IMG/VR virus record: IMGVR_UViG_3300045988_128742
Length of the DNA stretch: 33,825 nt
Strand: one strand, 5' to 3'
DNA from: a virus
Taxonomy: Duplodnaviria; Heunggongvirae; Uroviricota; Caudoviricetes
The translations under genes and the position numbers were made by a program. The notes beneath the pieces are model-generated. The model was given only the letters and a program-made list of their open reading frames with translations. It had not been told where the DNA came from and ran no database searches. Below are positions 24,216-33,825 of this stretch, piece by piece. The first letter of the stretch is position 1, and every line of letters starts with the position of its first letter.

Positions 24216-25695
24216 CACCATTCCGTCGAATACGCTGGTTCCGCTGTTTTATGCGGAAATGGATAACCAGGCGGCGAATACTGCACAGGACAGCGGAGCA
24301 TCGCTGCTGATTGGTCATGCCAATAACGGTGCAGAGATTGTTGCCAACAGTCTGGTACTGATGCCGTCGGCAGACTATGCACGCCAGATTTGTGGTGCGG
24401 GAAGTCAGCTGGCGCGTATGGTCGAGGCTTATCGCCAGACCGACCCGTTTGGTGAACTGTATGTAATTGCCGTTCCTGAATCCACGGGCGCGGCGGCAAC
24501 GGTTACGCTGACGGTGACCGGGGAGGCAACCGAAACCGGCACGGTGAATGTCTATGTGGGACGTACCCGCGTGCAGGCTCCAGTGACCAACGGCGATAAC
24601 GTCACGACGATTGCCAGCAGTATCCAGGATGCCATCAATGCCGTTCCGGCCATGCCGTTTACGGCTTCATCTTCGGCAGGCGTGGTCACACTGACCGCGC
24701 GTCATAAGGGGCTTTGCGGGAATGAAATTCCTGTCAGCCTCAATTACTACGGCTTTGGTGGGGGCGAAGTGCTGCCAGCGGGCGTACAGATTGCCGTGGC
24801 GACGGGGACCGCCGGAACGGGTGCTCCGGTTCTCACCGGCGCGGTGGCTGCAATGGCGGATGAGCCGTTTGATTATATCGGCCTGCCGTTCAACGACACG
24901 GCCTCCGTTAACACGCTGGTGACCGAGATGAACGATACCAGCGGTCGCTGGAGCTATGCGCGTCAGCTGTATGGTCATGTGTATACGGCAAAGATCGGCA
25001 CGCTGTCAGAACTGGTGACCGCAGGTGACCAGTTTAACCAGCAGCACATTACCCTGGCGGGATACGAAAAAGAGACCCAGACGCCTGCCGACGAGCTGGC
25101 GGCAAGCCGTACCGCCCGCGCAGCAGTGTTTATTCGCAACGATCCGGCACGTCCCACGCAGACCGGTGAGCTGGTGGGTATGCTGCCTGCGCCGAAGGGG
25201 AAACGGTTCACGATGACCGAACAACAGACCCTGCTGTCGCATGGCGTGGCAACGGCGTATGTCGAAAGCGGGGTGCTGCGCATTCAGCGTGATGTCACCA
25301 CGTACAGGAAAAATGCTTACGGTGTTGCGGATAACAGCTACCTCGACAGCGAGACGCTGCATACCAGCGCGTATGTGCTGCGCAAACTGAAATCCGTCAT
25401 TACCAGTAAGTACGGGCGTCACAAGCTTGCCAGCGACGGTACCCGCTTTGGTCCCGGTCAGGCGATTGTCACACCGGCGGTGATCAAAGGGGAACTGCTG
25501 ACAACCTACCGTCAGCTTGAGCGTGCGGGGATCGTGGAAAACTACGAACTGTTTAAGCAGTACCTGGTTGTGGAGCGTGATGCCAGCGATCCGAACCGCC
25601 TGAACACGCTGTTCCCGCCTGACTATGTTAACCAGTTGCGTGTCTTTGCCGTGGTTAACCAGTTCCGTCTTCAGTATTCAGAGGAGTCTGCATAA
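24199..25695 (+). CDS. Contractile tail sheath protein (Mu gpL-like)
   Basis: 498 aa; followed directly by the tube gene. Confidence 0.85.
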   Translation: MTISFNTIPSNTLVPLFYAEMDNQAANTAQDSGASLLIGHANNGAEIVANSLVLMPSADYARQICGAGSQLARMVEAYRQTDPFGELYVIAVPESTGAAATVTLTVTGEATETGTVNVYVGRTRVQAPVTNGDNVTTIASSIQDAINAVPAMPFTASSSAGVVTLTARHKGLCGNEIPVSLNYYGFGGGEVLPAGVQIAVATGTAGTGAPVLTGAVAAMADEPFDYIGLPFNDTASVNTLVTEMNDTSGRWSYARQLYGHVYTAKIGTLSELVTAGDQFNQQHITLAGYEKETQTPADELAASRTARAAVFIRNDPARPTQTGELVGMLPAPKGKRFTMTEQQTLLSHGVATAYVESGVLRIQRDVTTYRKNAYGVADNSYLDSETLHTSAYVLRKLKSVITSKYGRHKLASDGTRFGPGQAIVTPAVIKGELLTTYRQLERAGIVENYELFKQYLVVERDASDPNRLNTLFPPDYVNQLRVFAVVNQFRLQYSEESA

Positions 25696-26051
25696 TGGCC
25701 CGTATCGGGGGAACCTGTTATTTCAAAATTGACGGTCAACAGCTATCGCTGACCGGCGGCATTGAGGTGCCCATGAACAGGACGGTCAATGATGACATCA
25801 TCGGCCTGGACGGTTCAGTGGACCGCAAGGAAACTCACCGTGCGCCTTATGTCAAAGGGACCTTCAAGGTACCGAAGAATTTTCCGGTGAGCAAAATCAC
25901 CTCGTCTGATGAGATGACCATCACTGCCGAGCTGGCGAACGGTCAGGTCTATGTATTGTCGTCTGCCTGGCTGCACGGCGAAGCGAACCATAATGCCGAA
26001 GAAGGCACGGTTGATCTTGAGTTCCACGGTGAAGAAGGGGATTACCAGTAA
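25695..26051 (+). CDS. Tail tube protein (Mu gpM-like)
   Basis: 118 aa; ATG overlaps the sheath stop (TAATG). Confidence 0.85.
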   Translation: MARIGGTCYFKIDGQQLSLTGGIEVPMNRTVNDDIIGLDGSVDRKETHRAPYVKGTFKVPKNFPVSKITSSDEMTITAELANGQVYVLSSAWLHGEANHNAEEGTVDLEFHGEEGDYQ

Positions 26052-26320
26052 TGAAAGAGCTTGAGTTAAAGAAACCGATTACTGCTCATGGCGAGACACT
26101 CTCCGTACTGGAGTTTGATGAACCCACCGGGAAGGATGTCCGCGAGCTGGGGTATCCCTACCAGATGAATCAGGATGAGTCAGTCAGACTTCTGGCGCAT
26201 GTGGTGTCGAAATACATTGTGCGGCTGGCGAAAGTGCCGCAAAGCTCTGTCGACCAGATGTCTCCGGCAGACCTGAATGCAGCGGCGTGGCTTGTGGCCG
26301 GTTTTTTCCTCCAGGCCTGA
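26051..26320 (+). CDS. Tail assembly chaperone (short form)
   Basis: 89 aa acidic protein between the tube and tape-measure genes; precedes a -1 frameshift site. Confidence 0.75.
   Translation: MKELELKKPITAHGETLSVLEFDEPTGKDVRELGYPYQMNQDESVRLLAHVVSKYIVRLAKVPQSSVDQMSPADLNAAAWLVAGFFLQA
26302..26308 (+). promoter_or_regulatory. Programmed -1 ribosomal frameshift slippery heptamer T_TTT_TTC
   Basis: X_XXY_YYZ heptamer in the chaperone frame 4 codons before its stop; a -1 shift enters ORF 26287-26475, giving a long-form product ending at 26475. Confidence 0.65.
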
Positions 26321-26461
26321 CGGCTGAATACCTCACTGATCGCTTCTTTGACTGCGCCAGCTACTGGCGCATTAATCCTTTCGAATTGCTGAATATGCCG
26401 ATCAGTGAAATTCCCTTGCTGGTCAGTCAGGCAAACAGGATAGAGCAGGAGAAACGCACAC

Positions 26462-28297
26462 ATGGCGGAATTTGAGCTTAAGGCGTTGATCACCGGTGTC
26501 GACAGGCTTTCTCCCGCGCTGTCGAAAATGCAAAAGAAAATCCGGGGATTTAAACGCCAGGCGGAAGAAGCGTCACAGGGTGGGCTGGCGCTTGGTGGCG
26601 GACTGGCAGCGGGTCTGACGCTTTCCCTGAAATCTTATGCCGATCAGGAAAACGCCGCCACCGGGCTGAAAGTCGCCATGATGGATGCGAACGGCGAGGT
26701 TGGAAAGAGCTTTCAGGACATCAATAAACTGGCTATTGGCCTGGGTAACCAGCTACCCGGTACAACGGCTGATTTCCAGAACATGATGCAGATGCTGGTG
26801 CGTCAGGGGATCCCGGCAGAAAACATTCTTGGCGGTGTGGGTAAAGCGACAGCTTATCTTGCGGTACAACTGAAAAAAACACCGGAAGCGGCTGCTGAGT
26901 TTGCTGCAAAGATGCAGGATGCTACCGGAACGGCGTCAGAAGACATGATGGGGCTGTTCGACACTATCCAGAAGGCGTTTTATCTGGGTGTTGATGATAC
27001 CAACATGTTGTCCTTCTTCACTAAAACCAGCTCTGTTCTGAAGATGGTGAACAAGGACGGTCTTCAGGCTGCACAGAGCCTTGCCCCCATCAGCGTCATG
27101 ATGGATCAGATGGGGATGAACGGGGAGTCGGCAGGTAACGCCCTGCGAAAAGTTATTCAGTCCGGATTAAGCGTTAAGAAAATCAGGGACGTCAATAAAA
27201 TCATGGCCCGCCAGAAACTCGGGGTACAGCTCGATTTTACTGACGGCAAAGGAAGTTTTGGCGGTCTTGATAACATGTTCAGGCAACTGGCAAAGCTGCG
27301 AAAACTGACCGACGTTAAGCGAACAGGTGTACTTAAGGCAATATTTGGTGATGATGCCGAAACCCTTCAGGTGGTCAATGCACTAATCGATAAAGGAAAG
27401 GATGGCTACGATCAGATCCAGCAGAAGATGAATAAACAGGCCAGCCTGAATAAACGTGTTCAGGCCCAGCTTGGTACGCTGTCCAACCTGTGGGAGGCAA
27501 TGACGGGGACCGCAACTAACGGCCTTGTGGCTATTGGCGGAGCATTTTCTGGTGACGCCAAAAATATCACGCAATGGCTGGGGGAGTTAGGGGAAAAATT
27601 CACGAAGTTTGCGGATGAAAATCCCCGGGTTATTCGCGGCGTCGTCGGGCTTGCTGCCGGTCTTGCGATTCTGAAACTGGGATTGATGGGCGTTGGCGGT
27701 GCCATCAGTATTGTCAGCAGGATCATGTCGATGACGCCGATTGGAATGATTGCGACGGCGATAGCCCTGGCTGCGGGATTAATTATCACTAACTGGGATG
27801 TTGTCGGACCTTATTTCAAGAAGCTCTGGGAAACCATTGGTCCTTATTTTGAGGCTGGCTGGGAACTTCTGAAGAAGGTTTTTGCCTGGTCGCCGCTGGG
27901 GATGGTAATCAATAACTGGGGACCGGTTGTTAAGTGGTTTCAGGATATGTGGGACAAACTGAAGCCAATTATTGAGTGGTTTACCGACAGTTCCGGTGAC
28001 ACGGTCGATGCCATTAACTCTGCGCAGTGGGGCGCGGGTGCTTATGATGCTTATGGGACGGGAATACCGGCACGGGGATACACACCTTATCAGGCGGTAG
28101 ATCCGGCTCAGTCAAACAACGCCTCCGGTGCCACAGGCCCGAATCCCTTCATGATTAACAAAGCTTCTGCGCCAAAAGTTGATGGTGAGATCAAGGTCTC
28201 TTTTGTGAATTCGCCTCCGGGTATGCGGGTTATGGAAACGCGATCCAGCGGTTTTGATGTCAGCCATGATGTTGGCTATACGCGCTTTGGCAGGTAA
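26462..28297 (+). CDS. Tail tape measure protein
   Basis: 611 aa; Ala/Gly-rich with long helical and hydrophobic segments; follows the chaperone frameshift pair. Confidence 0.85.
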   Translation: MAEFELKALITGVDRLSPALSKMQKKIRGFKRQAEEASQGGLALGGGLAAGLTLSLKSYADQENAATGLKVAMMDANGEVGKSFQDINKLAIGLGNQLPGTTADFQNMMQMLVRQGIPAENILGGVGKATAYLAVQLKKTPEAAAEFAAKMQDATGTASEDMMGLFDTIQKAFYLGVDDTNMLSFFTKTSSVLKMVNKDGLQAAQSLAPISVMMDQMGMNGESAGNALRKVIQSGLSVKKIRDVNKIMARQKLGVQLDFTDGKGSFGGLDNMFRQLAKLRKLTDVKRTGVLKAIFGDDAETLQVVNALIDKGKDGYDQIQQKMNKQASLNKRVQAQLGTLSNLWEAMTGTATNGLVAIGGAFSGDAKNITQWLGELGEKFTKFADENPRVIRGVVGLAAGLAILKLGLMGVGGAISIVSRIMSMTPIGMIATAIALAAGLIITNWDVVGPYFKKLWETIGPYFEAGWELLKKVFAWSPLGMVINNWGPVVKWFQDMWDKLKPIIEWFTDSSGDTVDAINSAQWGAGAYDAYGTGIPARGYTPYQAVDPAQSNNASGATGPNPFMINKASAPKVDGEIKVSFVNSPPGMRVMETRSSGFDVSHDVGYTRFGR

Positions 28298-28357
28298 TGA
28301 AAAATTAATCTGTTAATGAGTCCCACTCCGGTGGGATTTTTTATGTACGGAGTTTAT

Positions 28358-29686
28358 ATGACGTGGAAAGACAGACTTCAGGACGCGTCATTTCGCGGTG
28401 TGCCGTTTAAGGTTGAAGAAGAAAGTGCGGGAACCGGTCGTCGTGTGGAAACACATGAATACCCGAACCGCGACAAACCCTATACCGAAGACCTGGGGAA
28501 AATCACTTTCCGCCCGTCCATCACGGCTTATGTGGTGGGAGATGACTGCTTTGACCAGCGCGATCGCCTGATTGACGCGCTGAATAAACCCGGTCCCGGC
28601 ACGCTTGTCCACCCGACATATGGTGAGCTGAAAGTCTGTGTTGACGGGGAAGTTCGGGTCAGCACATCGAAAAGTGAAGGGCGTATTGTCCGCTTTGACC
28701 TGAAGTTTGTCGAAGCAGGAGAACTCTCTTACCCCACATCAGGTGCGGCGACGGCGCAGACGCTGATGTCATCCTGTTCTGCACTGGATGACTGCATCAG
28801 TGACAGCTTCAGCGGTTTCAGTATCGATGGTGTGGCGGATTTCGTGCAGAACGACGTTATCGGTAATGCCAGCATAATGCTGGGGTATGTTTCTGATGCG
28901 ATGAAAGTGGTGGATTCTGCCGTATCGGATGCCGCCAGGCTGTTGCAGGGGGATATCTCGGTACTTCTGCCGCCGCCATCGTCAGGCAAAAATTTCGTTG
29001 AGCAGGTGCAGAAAATGTGGCGTACCGGGAAACGCCTTTATGGTAACGCCAGTGACCTGGTCACCATGATCAAAACGCTTTCCGGTGTCAGCCTCGGCAG
29101 CGATCTGCAACCGCGCGGCGTCTGGAAAACGGACAGTAAAACCACCGCCACGGCGACGCAGCAGCGTAACGTGGTTGCCAGCACCCTTCGTACGACCGCA
29201 ATCAGCGAAGCGGCGTATGCCGTCACCCGATTGCCTGCGCCAACAACTTCCGCGGTGATGCAGAATTCCGCATTGGGGCAGGCAACAACACCTGCGCAGA
29301 GCACTGGCTGGCCTTCCGTCACGCATCCGGCACTGAACAATGCACCGGCGGTGAAAAACACGGTTGAACTGCCGACGTGGGAAGAACTGACTGACATTCG
29401 CGACACACTGAATACGGCAATTGATAAGGAGTTGTCCCGTACAACCAGTGATGCGCTGTTTCTGGCGCTGCGCCGGGTGAAAGCAGATCTGAATGCGGAT
29501 ATCAACACGCGCCTTGAACAGTCTGCACGGATCATTCAGCGCACACCGGATGAGGTTTTACCCGCGCTGGTGCTGGCGGCGACCTGGTTTGATAACGCGG
29601 CGCGTGACGCGGACATTATCCGGCGTAATGCCATTACGCATCCCGGCTTTGTGCCGGTGATCCCTCTGAAGGTGCCAGTGCAATGA
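28358..29686 (+). CDS. Mu gpN-like DNA circularization / tail protein
   Basis: ATG at 28358 (MTWKDRLQDASFRGVPF) with GGAG SD; track ORF extends upstream with a hydrophobic false N-terminus. Confidence 0.75.
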   Translation: MTWKDRLQDASFRGVPFKVEEESAGTGRRVETHEYPNRDKPYTEDLGKITFRPSITAYVVGDDCFDQRDRLIDALNKPGPGTLVHPTYGELKVCVDGEVRVSTSKSEGRIVRFDLKFVEAGELSYPTSGAATAQTLMSSCSALDDCISDSFSGFSIDGVADFVQNDVIGNASIMLGYVSDAMKVVDSAVSDAARLLQGDISVLLPPPSSGKNFVEQVQKMWRTGKRLYGNASDLVTMIKTLSGVSLGSDLQPRGVWKTDSKTTATATQQRNVVASTLRTTAISEAAYAVTRLPAPTTSAVMQNSALGQATTPAQSTGWPSVTHPALNNAPAVKNTVELPTWEELTDIRDTLNTAIDKELSRTTSDALFLALRRVKADLNADINTRLEQSARIIQRTPDEVLPALVLAATWFDNAARDADIIRRNAITHPGFVPVIPLKVPVQ

Positions 29687-30762
29687 ACGACAATGTCACG
29701 CTACGGGTAAATGGCCGGGAGTGGAATGGCTGGACATCGGTGCGCATCGGTGCCGGTATTGAACGGCTGGCGCGGGATTTCAGTGTGGAGATCACCCGCC
29801 AGTGGCCGGGAGATGAGGGTATCACCACGCTTCAGCCGCGCATTAAAAATGGTTCAAAAGTGGAAGTGCTGATTGGTGATGAGCTGGTGATCACCGGCTG
29901 GGTGGAGGCGACGCCCGTTCGTTACGATGCCCGTTCGGTCAGCACCGGTATTGCCGGACGCAGTCTGACCGCTGACCTGATTGACTGTGCAGCCGAACCG
30001 ACACAGTTTAACGGACGATCGCTGGTACAGATTGCGCAGGCGCTTGCTGCGCCTTTCGGCATTGAGGTGGTGAACAGCGGTGCGCCGTCGGGTGTTATTC
30101 CTGATGTTCAGCCTGATCACGGTGAAACGGTGATTGAGGTAATCAACAAAATACTCGGTCAGCAGCAGGCACTGGCTTACGACGACCCGCACGGCAGGCT
30201 GGTGATTGGCGGTATTGGCTCAACGCGGGCACATACTGCGCTGGTACTCGGGGAAAACATCCTTTCCTGCGATACGGAGAAGAGTATCCGGGAGCGATTT
30301 TCTGTTTACCAGGTGGCGGGGCAGCGTGCCGGAAACGACGATGATTTCGGTGAGGCCACCACCACCGCGCTGCGGGCCCGCACAGAGGACGCATTTATTG
30401 CCCGTTACCGTCCGATGTATATCAGGCAGACAGGGCAGGCTACGGGGGCAGGCTGTATTGCGCGTGCTGACTTTGAAGCCCGGCAACGGGCGGCGCGGAC
30501 GGATGAAACCACCTATGTGGTGCAGGGCTGGCGACAGGGTAACGGTACGCTGTGGCAGCCCAACCAGCGGGTGATTGTCTTTGATCCGGTCTGTGGTTTC
30601 GACAATACCGAACTGCTTGTTTCGGAAGTCACGTTTACTCAGGACCAGAACGGCACCCTGACGGAAATCCGTGTCGGCCCACCTGATGCTTATCTGCCTG
30701 AACCCGAAGCCCCCGGCGCGCGGAAAAAGAAAAAAGCCAGAGTACAGGAGGACCCGTTCTGA
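29683..30762 (+). CDS. Baseplate hub protein (Mu gpP-like)
   Basis: 359 aa; ATGA-coupled; order N-P-V-W-J-I typical of Mu-like baseplates. Confidence 0.75.
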   Translation: MNDNVTLRVNGREWNGWTSVRIGAGIERLARDFSVEITRQWPGDEGITTLQPRIKNGSKVEVLIGDELVITGWVEATPVRYDARSVSTGIAGRSLTADLIDCAAEPTQFNGRSLVQIAQALAAPFGIEVVNSGAPSGVIPDVQPDHGETVIEVINKILGQQQALAYDDPHGRLVIGGIGSTRAHTALVLGENILSCDTEKSIRERFSVYQVAGQRAGNDDDFGEATTTALRARTEDAFIARYRPMYIRQTGQATGAGCIARADFEARQRAARTDETTYVVQGWRQGNGTLWQPNQRVIVFDPVCGFDNTELLVSEVTFTQDQNGTLTEIRVGPPDAYLPEPEAPGARKKKKARVQEDPF

Positions 30763-31310
30763 TGAGGACGATTGAAGCCATGCAGCGACAACTCCTCGGC
30801 CTGATTGGGCGGGCAGTGGTGAAAAGCATCAGTGCCGCCACGAAATGTCAGACCGTGGATGTGTCCCTGATTGCCGGTGAACCCAAAGCCGGGGTTGAAC
30901 ATCTTGAACCCTACGGTTTTACCGCAAGGGCAAACAGCGGTGCGGAAGCGGTGGTGTTGTTTCCGGATGGCGACCGTTCTCATGCGGTGGTTGTTACGGT
31001 GTCGGACCGGCGCTACCGCCTGAAAGGGCTGCAGACGGGTGAGGTGGCTGTCTATGACGATCAGGGGCAGTCCGTGACGCTGACCCGGGAGGGGATCGTG
31101 GTGGACGGTGCAGGTAAAACGATCACGTTTCGCAATTCACCTAAAGCACGTTTTGAAATGGACCTGGAAGTGACAGGACAGGTGAAAGACCTGTGCGACT
31201 CCAGCGGCACCACCATGTCAGCGATGCGGCTTGCCTATAACGGGCATCGTCACAGAGAGAACGGTCAGGGTAGTAACACCGACAAACCTGATAAAGCGAT
31301 GGAGGCATGA
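30762..31310 (+). CDS. Baseplate spike/assembly protein V (Mu gp45-like)
   Basis: 182 aa; size and position. Confidence 0.75.
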   Translation: MRTIEAMQRQLLGLIGRAVVKSISAATKCQTVDVSLIAGEPKAGVEHLEPYGFTARANSGAEAVVLFPDGDRSHAVVVTVSDRRYRLKGLQTGEVAVYDDQGQSVTLTREGIVVDGAGKTITFRNSPKARFEMDLEVTGQVKDLCDSSGTTMSAMRLAYNGHRHRENGQGSNTDKPDKAMEA

Positions 31311-31735
31311 TGGAACTGTGGCTGACGGTGAACGGTAAACGCACCTGCGCCAGCGCACCGCTGGATCCGCTGACCCGCGCCGTGGTGATTTCCCTGTTTA
31401 CCTGGCGGCGGGCGGAGCCTGATGACAACGCCGACGTCCCGATGGGATGGTGGGGGGATACCTGGCCTGCGGTACAGAATGACCGTTACGGCTCCCGACT
31501 GTGGCTGCTTCAGCGCAGCAAACTGACCAATCAGCTGGTGCAGACGGTAAGGGGGTATATCCGCGAATGCCTGCAATGGATGATTGATGACGGCGTGGTG
31601 TCCCGTATTGATCTGGATATCCGCCGCACCGGGATTAATGAACTGGGTAACAGTATCACTCTCTGGCGTCGTGACGGACCGGTAATGATTTCTTTTGATG
31701 ATCTGTGGAGTGCGATAACGCATGGCGGACAGTGA
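31307..31735 (+). CDS. Baseplate protein (Mu gp46-like, W-type)
   Basis: 142 aa; position. Confidence 0.75.
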   Translation: MMELWLTVNGKRTCASAPLDPLTRAVVISLFTWRRAEPDDNADVPMGWWGDTWPAVQNDRYGSRLWLLQRSKLTNQLVQTVRGYIRECLQWMIDDGVVSRIDLDIRRTGINELGNSITLWRRDGPVMISFDDLWSAITHGGQ

Positions 31736-32780
31736 ATTTCAGCGCCCGACGCTGGCAGAAAATATCAGTATGCTCCGTAACGATTTATTCGCCAGGCTGG
31801 ACGTCAGCGACACGCTCCGGCGCATGGATGAAGACGTGCGGGCAAAGGTGTATGCGGCGGCGCTGCATACGGTTTACGGGTACATCGATTATCTGGCAAT
31901 GAATATGCTTCCTGACCTGTGCGATGAGTCCTGGCTGGCGCGACATGCTGCGATGAAACGGTGTCCGCGCAAGGGGGCCACGGCTGCCAGCGGGTATATG
32001 CGCTGGGAAGGTGTCAGCGATGGCCTGAAGGTGACTGCCGGGAGCGTGATTCAGCGCGATGACCTGGTTCAGTACACGGCAACTGCCGATGCAACCAGCT
32101 CCGGTGGTGTCCTGCGTGTGCCGATCACTTGCTCAACTACAGGCGCGGTCGGTAACGCTGACGACGGTACGGCATTAATCCTGGTCACGCCGGTGAATGG
32201 TCTGCCGTCTTCCGGTGTTGCAGATACCCTGACTGGCGGATTCGATACTGAAGATCTGGAAACGTGGCGCGCCCGCGTCATTGAGCGGTATTACTGGACG
32301 CCGCAGGGCGGGGCTGACGGGGACTATGTCGTCTGGGCTAAAGAAGTGCCCGGCATTACCCGCGCATGGACATACCGTCACTGGATGGGAACGGGAACTG
32401 TCGGTGTGATGATTGCCAGCAGTGACCTGATTAATCCCATTCCGGAAGAATCAACGGAAACGGCGGCAAGACAACATATCGGGCCACTGGCCCCGGTGGC
32501 AGGCTCTGATTTGTATGTGTTCAGGCCGGTGGCGCATAAAGTGGATTTTCATATCCGCGTGACGCCGGACACACCGGAAATACGGGCTGCCATCACCGCC
32601 GAGTTGCGTTCGTTCCTGCTGCGTGATGGTTATCCGCAGGGAGAACTGAAGGTGTCACGTATCAGTGAAGCGATTTCCGGTGCGAACGGGGAATACAGCC
32701 ATCAGTTGCTTGCACCGGCAGACAATATCTCCATTGCAAAAAATGAACTGGCGGTACTGGGGACGATTTCATGGACGTGA
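31722..32780 (+). CDS. Baseplate J-like protein (Mu gp47-like)
   Basis: 352 aa; position and size. Confidence 0.8.
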   Translation: MADSEFQRPTLAENISMLRNDLFARLDVSDTLRRMDEDVRAKVYAAALHTVYGYIDYLAMNMLPDLCDESWLARHAAMKRCPRKGATAASGYMRWEGVSDGLKVTAGSVIQRDDLVQYTATADATSSGGVLRVPITCSTTGAVGNADDGTALILVTPVNGLPSSGVADTLTGGFDTEDLETWRARVIERYYWTPQGGADGDYVVWAKEVPGITRAWTYRHWMGTGTVGVMIASSDLINPIPEESTETAARQHIGPLAPVAGSDLYVFRPVAHKVDFHIRVTPDTPEIRAAITAELRSFLLRDGYPQGELKVSRISEAISGANGEYSHQLLAPADNISIAKNELAVLGTISWT

Positions 32781-33355
32781 CAAACGATGATTACATCCGT
32801 CTGTTGTCGGCACTGTTGCCCCCCGGTCCGGCGTGGTCAGCCAGCGATCCGTCGATTGCCGGTGCGGCACCGTCATTAACCCGCGTTCATCAGCGTGCGG
32901 ATGCCCTGATGCGGGAGCTGGATCCGCGCACCACCACTGAACTGATAAACCGCTGGGAGCGTCTGTGCGGTCTGCCGGATGAATGTATTCCGGCGGGAAC
33001 GCAGACCCTTCGCCAGCGCCAGCAACGGCTGGATGCGAAGGTTAACCTGGCGGGCGGCATCAACGAGGATTTTTATCTTGCACAGCTTGCTGCCCTGGGC
33101 AGACCAGATGCCACCATCACGCGATACGACAAAAGCACGTTCACCTGCTCATCGGCCTGTACTGACGCGGTGAATGCGCCGGAATGGCGGTATTACTGGC
33201 AGGTCAACATGCCAGCCGCCACCAACACCACCTGGATGACATGTGGCGATCCCTGTGATTCCGCACTGCGTATCTGGGGCGACACCGTTGTCGAGTGCGT
33301 GCTTAACAAACTCTGCCCGCCGCATACCTACGTAATTTTTAAATATCCGGAGTAA
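32771..33355 (+). CDS. Tail protein (Mu gp48-like / YmfQ-like, DUF2313)
   Basis: 194 aa; Cys-rich C-terminus; position before the tail fibre gene. Confidence 0.75.
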   Translation: MDVTNDDYIRLLSALLPPGPAWSASDPSIAGAAPSLTRVHQRADALMRELDPRTTTELINRWERLCGLPDECIPAGTQTLRQRQQRLDAKVNLAGGINEDFYLAQLAALGRPDATITRYDKSTFTCSSACTDAVNAPEWRYYWQVNMPAATNTTWMTCGDPCDSALRIWGDTVVECVLNKLCPPHTYVIFKYPE

Positions 33356-33358
33356 TCC

Positions 33359-33825
33359 ATGCATCGTATAGACACGAAAACCGCGCAGAAGGATAAGTTC
33401 GGCGCGGGTAAGAACGGTTTTACCCGTGGTAACCCCCAGACCGGCACACCTGCCACCGATCTGGATGATGACTACTTTGACATGTTGCAGGAAGAACTTT
33501 GTAGCGTGGTGGAGGCCTCCGGTGCCAGCCTGGAGAAAGGGCGGCATGACCAGCTGCTTACCGCACTTCGTGCGCTGCTGTTAAGCCGCAAAAATCCGTT
33601 TGGCGATATCAAATCGGATGGCACGGTGAAAACGGCTCTCGAAAACCTTGGTTTGGGAGAAGGCTCTGCATTACCTGTTGGTGTGCCTGTTCCATGGCCT
33701 TCAGCCACACCGCCAACAGGCTGGCTGAAATGTAACGGTGCGGCATTTTCTGCTGAAGAATACCCGGAACTGGCAAAGGCTTATCCAACAAATAAATTAC
33801 CTGATTTACGCGGTGAGTTTATTCG
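33359..33825 (+). CDS. Tail fibre protein, N-terminal part (truncated by window end)
   Basis: ATG at 33359 opens a frame with no stop to the window end (155 codons): [21 protein letters not shown]...; absent from the track because no stop is reached. Confidence 0.7.
   Translation, partial: MHRIDTKTAQKDKFGAGKNGFTRGNPQTGTPATDLDDDYFDMLQEELCSVVEASGASLEKGRHDQLLTALRALLLSRKNPFGDIKSDGTVKTALENLGLGEGSALPVGVPVPWPSATPPTGWLKCNGAAFSAEEYPELAKAYPTNKLPDLRGEFI

Noticed and set aside
27383-29535. Minus-strand ORFs inside the tape-measure and DNA circularization genes
   Set aside because: Antisense shadow ORFs within large, clearly coding genes.
1-33825. CRISPR array or rRNA gene
   Set aside because: No regularly spaced short direct repeats with unique spacers and no rRNA-like conserved stretch were seen; the only tandem repeats are the replication iterons.

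Overview
This window looks like the left ~34 kb of a mosaic temperate prophage integrated at the tRNA-Thr(CGU) gene (thrW-type site). From left to right it contains: an intact tRNA-Thr; a P22-type integrase and excisionase; a short leftward early operon (HD-domain hydrolase plus small unknown proteins); a lambda-like immunity region (LexA-like autocleavable CI repressor, Cro, CII-like protein, with palindromic operators); a replication initiator gene carrying internal iterons; a nin-like region (Dam-type methyltransferase, LexA-DNA-binding-domain-only protein, RusA, KilA-N protein, DUF968 protein, Q antiterminator); an AT-rich opposite-strand accessory gene split by an IS903-group insertion sequence with a perfect 9-bp target duplication; a second orphan beta-class DNA methyltransferase; a lysis cassette (holin, lambda R-like endolysin, overlapped spanins); an HNH endonuclease with HK97-type terminase, portal, protease and major capsid genes; and a Mu-like contractile tail module running to a tail fibre gene cut by the window end. 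No rRNA or CRISPR array was seen. The most noteworthy items are the IS-interrupted membrane-protein accessory gene, a GC-rich ORF-poor structured region in the early-left operon, the LexA-DNA-binding-domain-only protein, the two orphan methyltransferases, and an intergenic long inverted repeat ending in an intrinsic terminator. All protein calls rest on reading the translations and recalled family knowledge; no database search was run.
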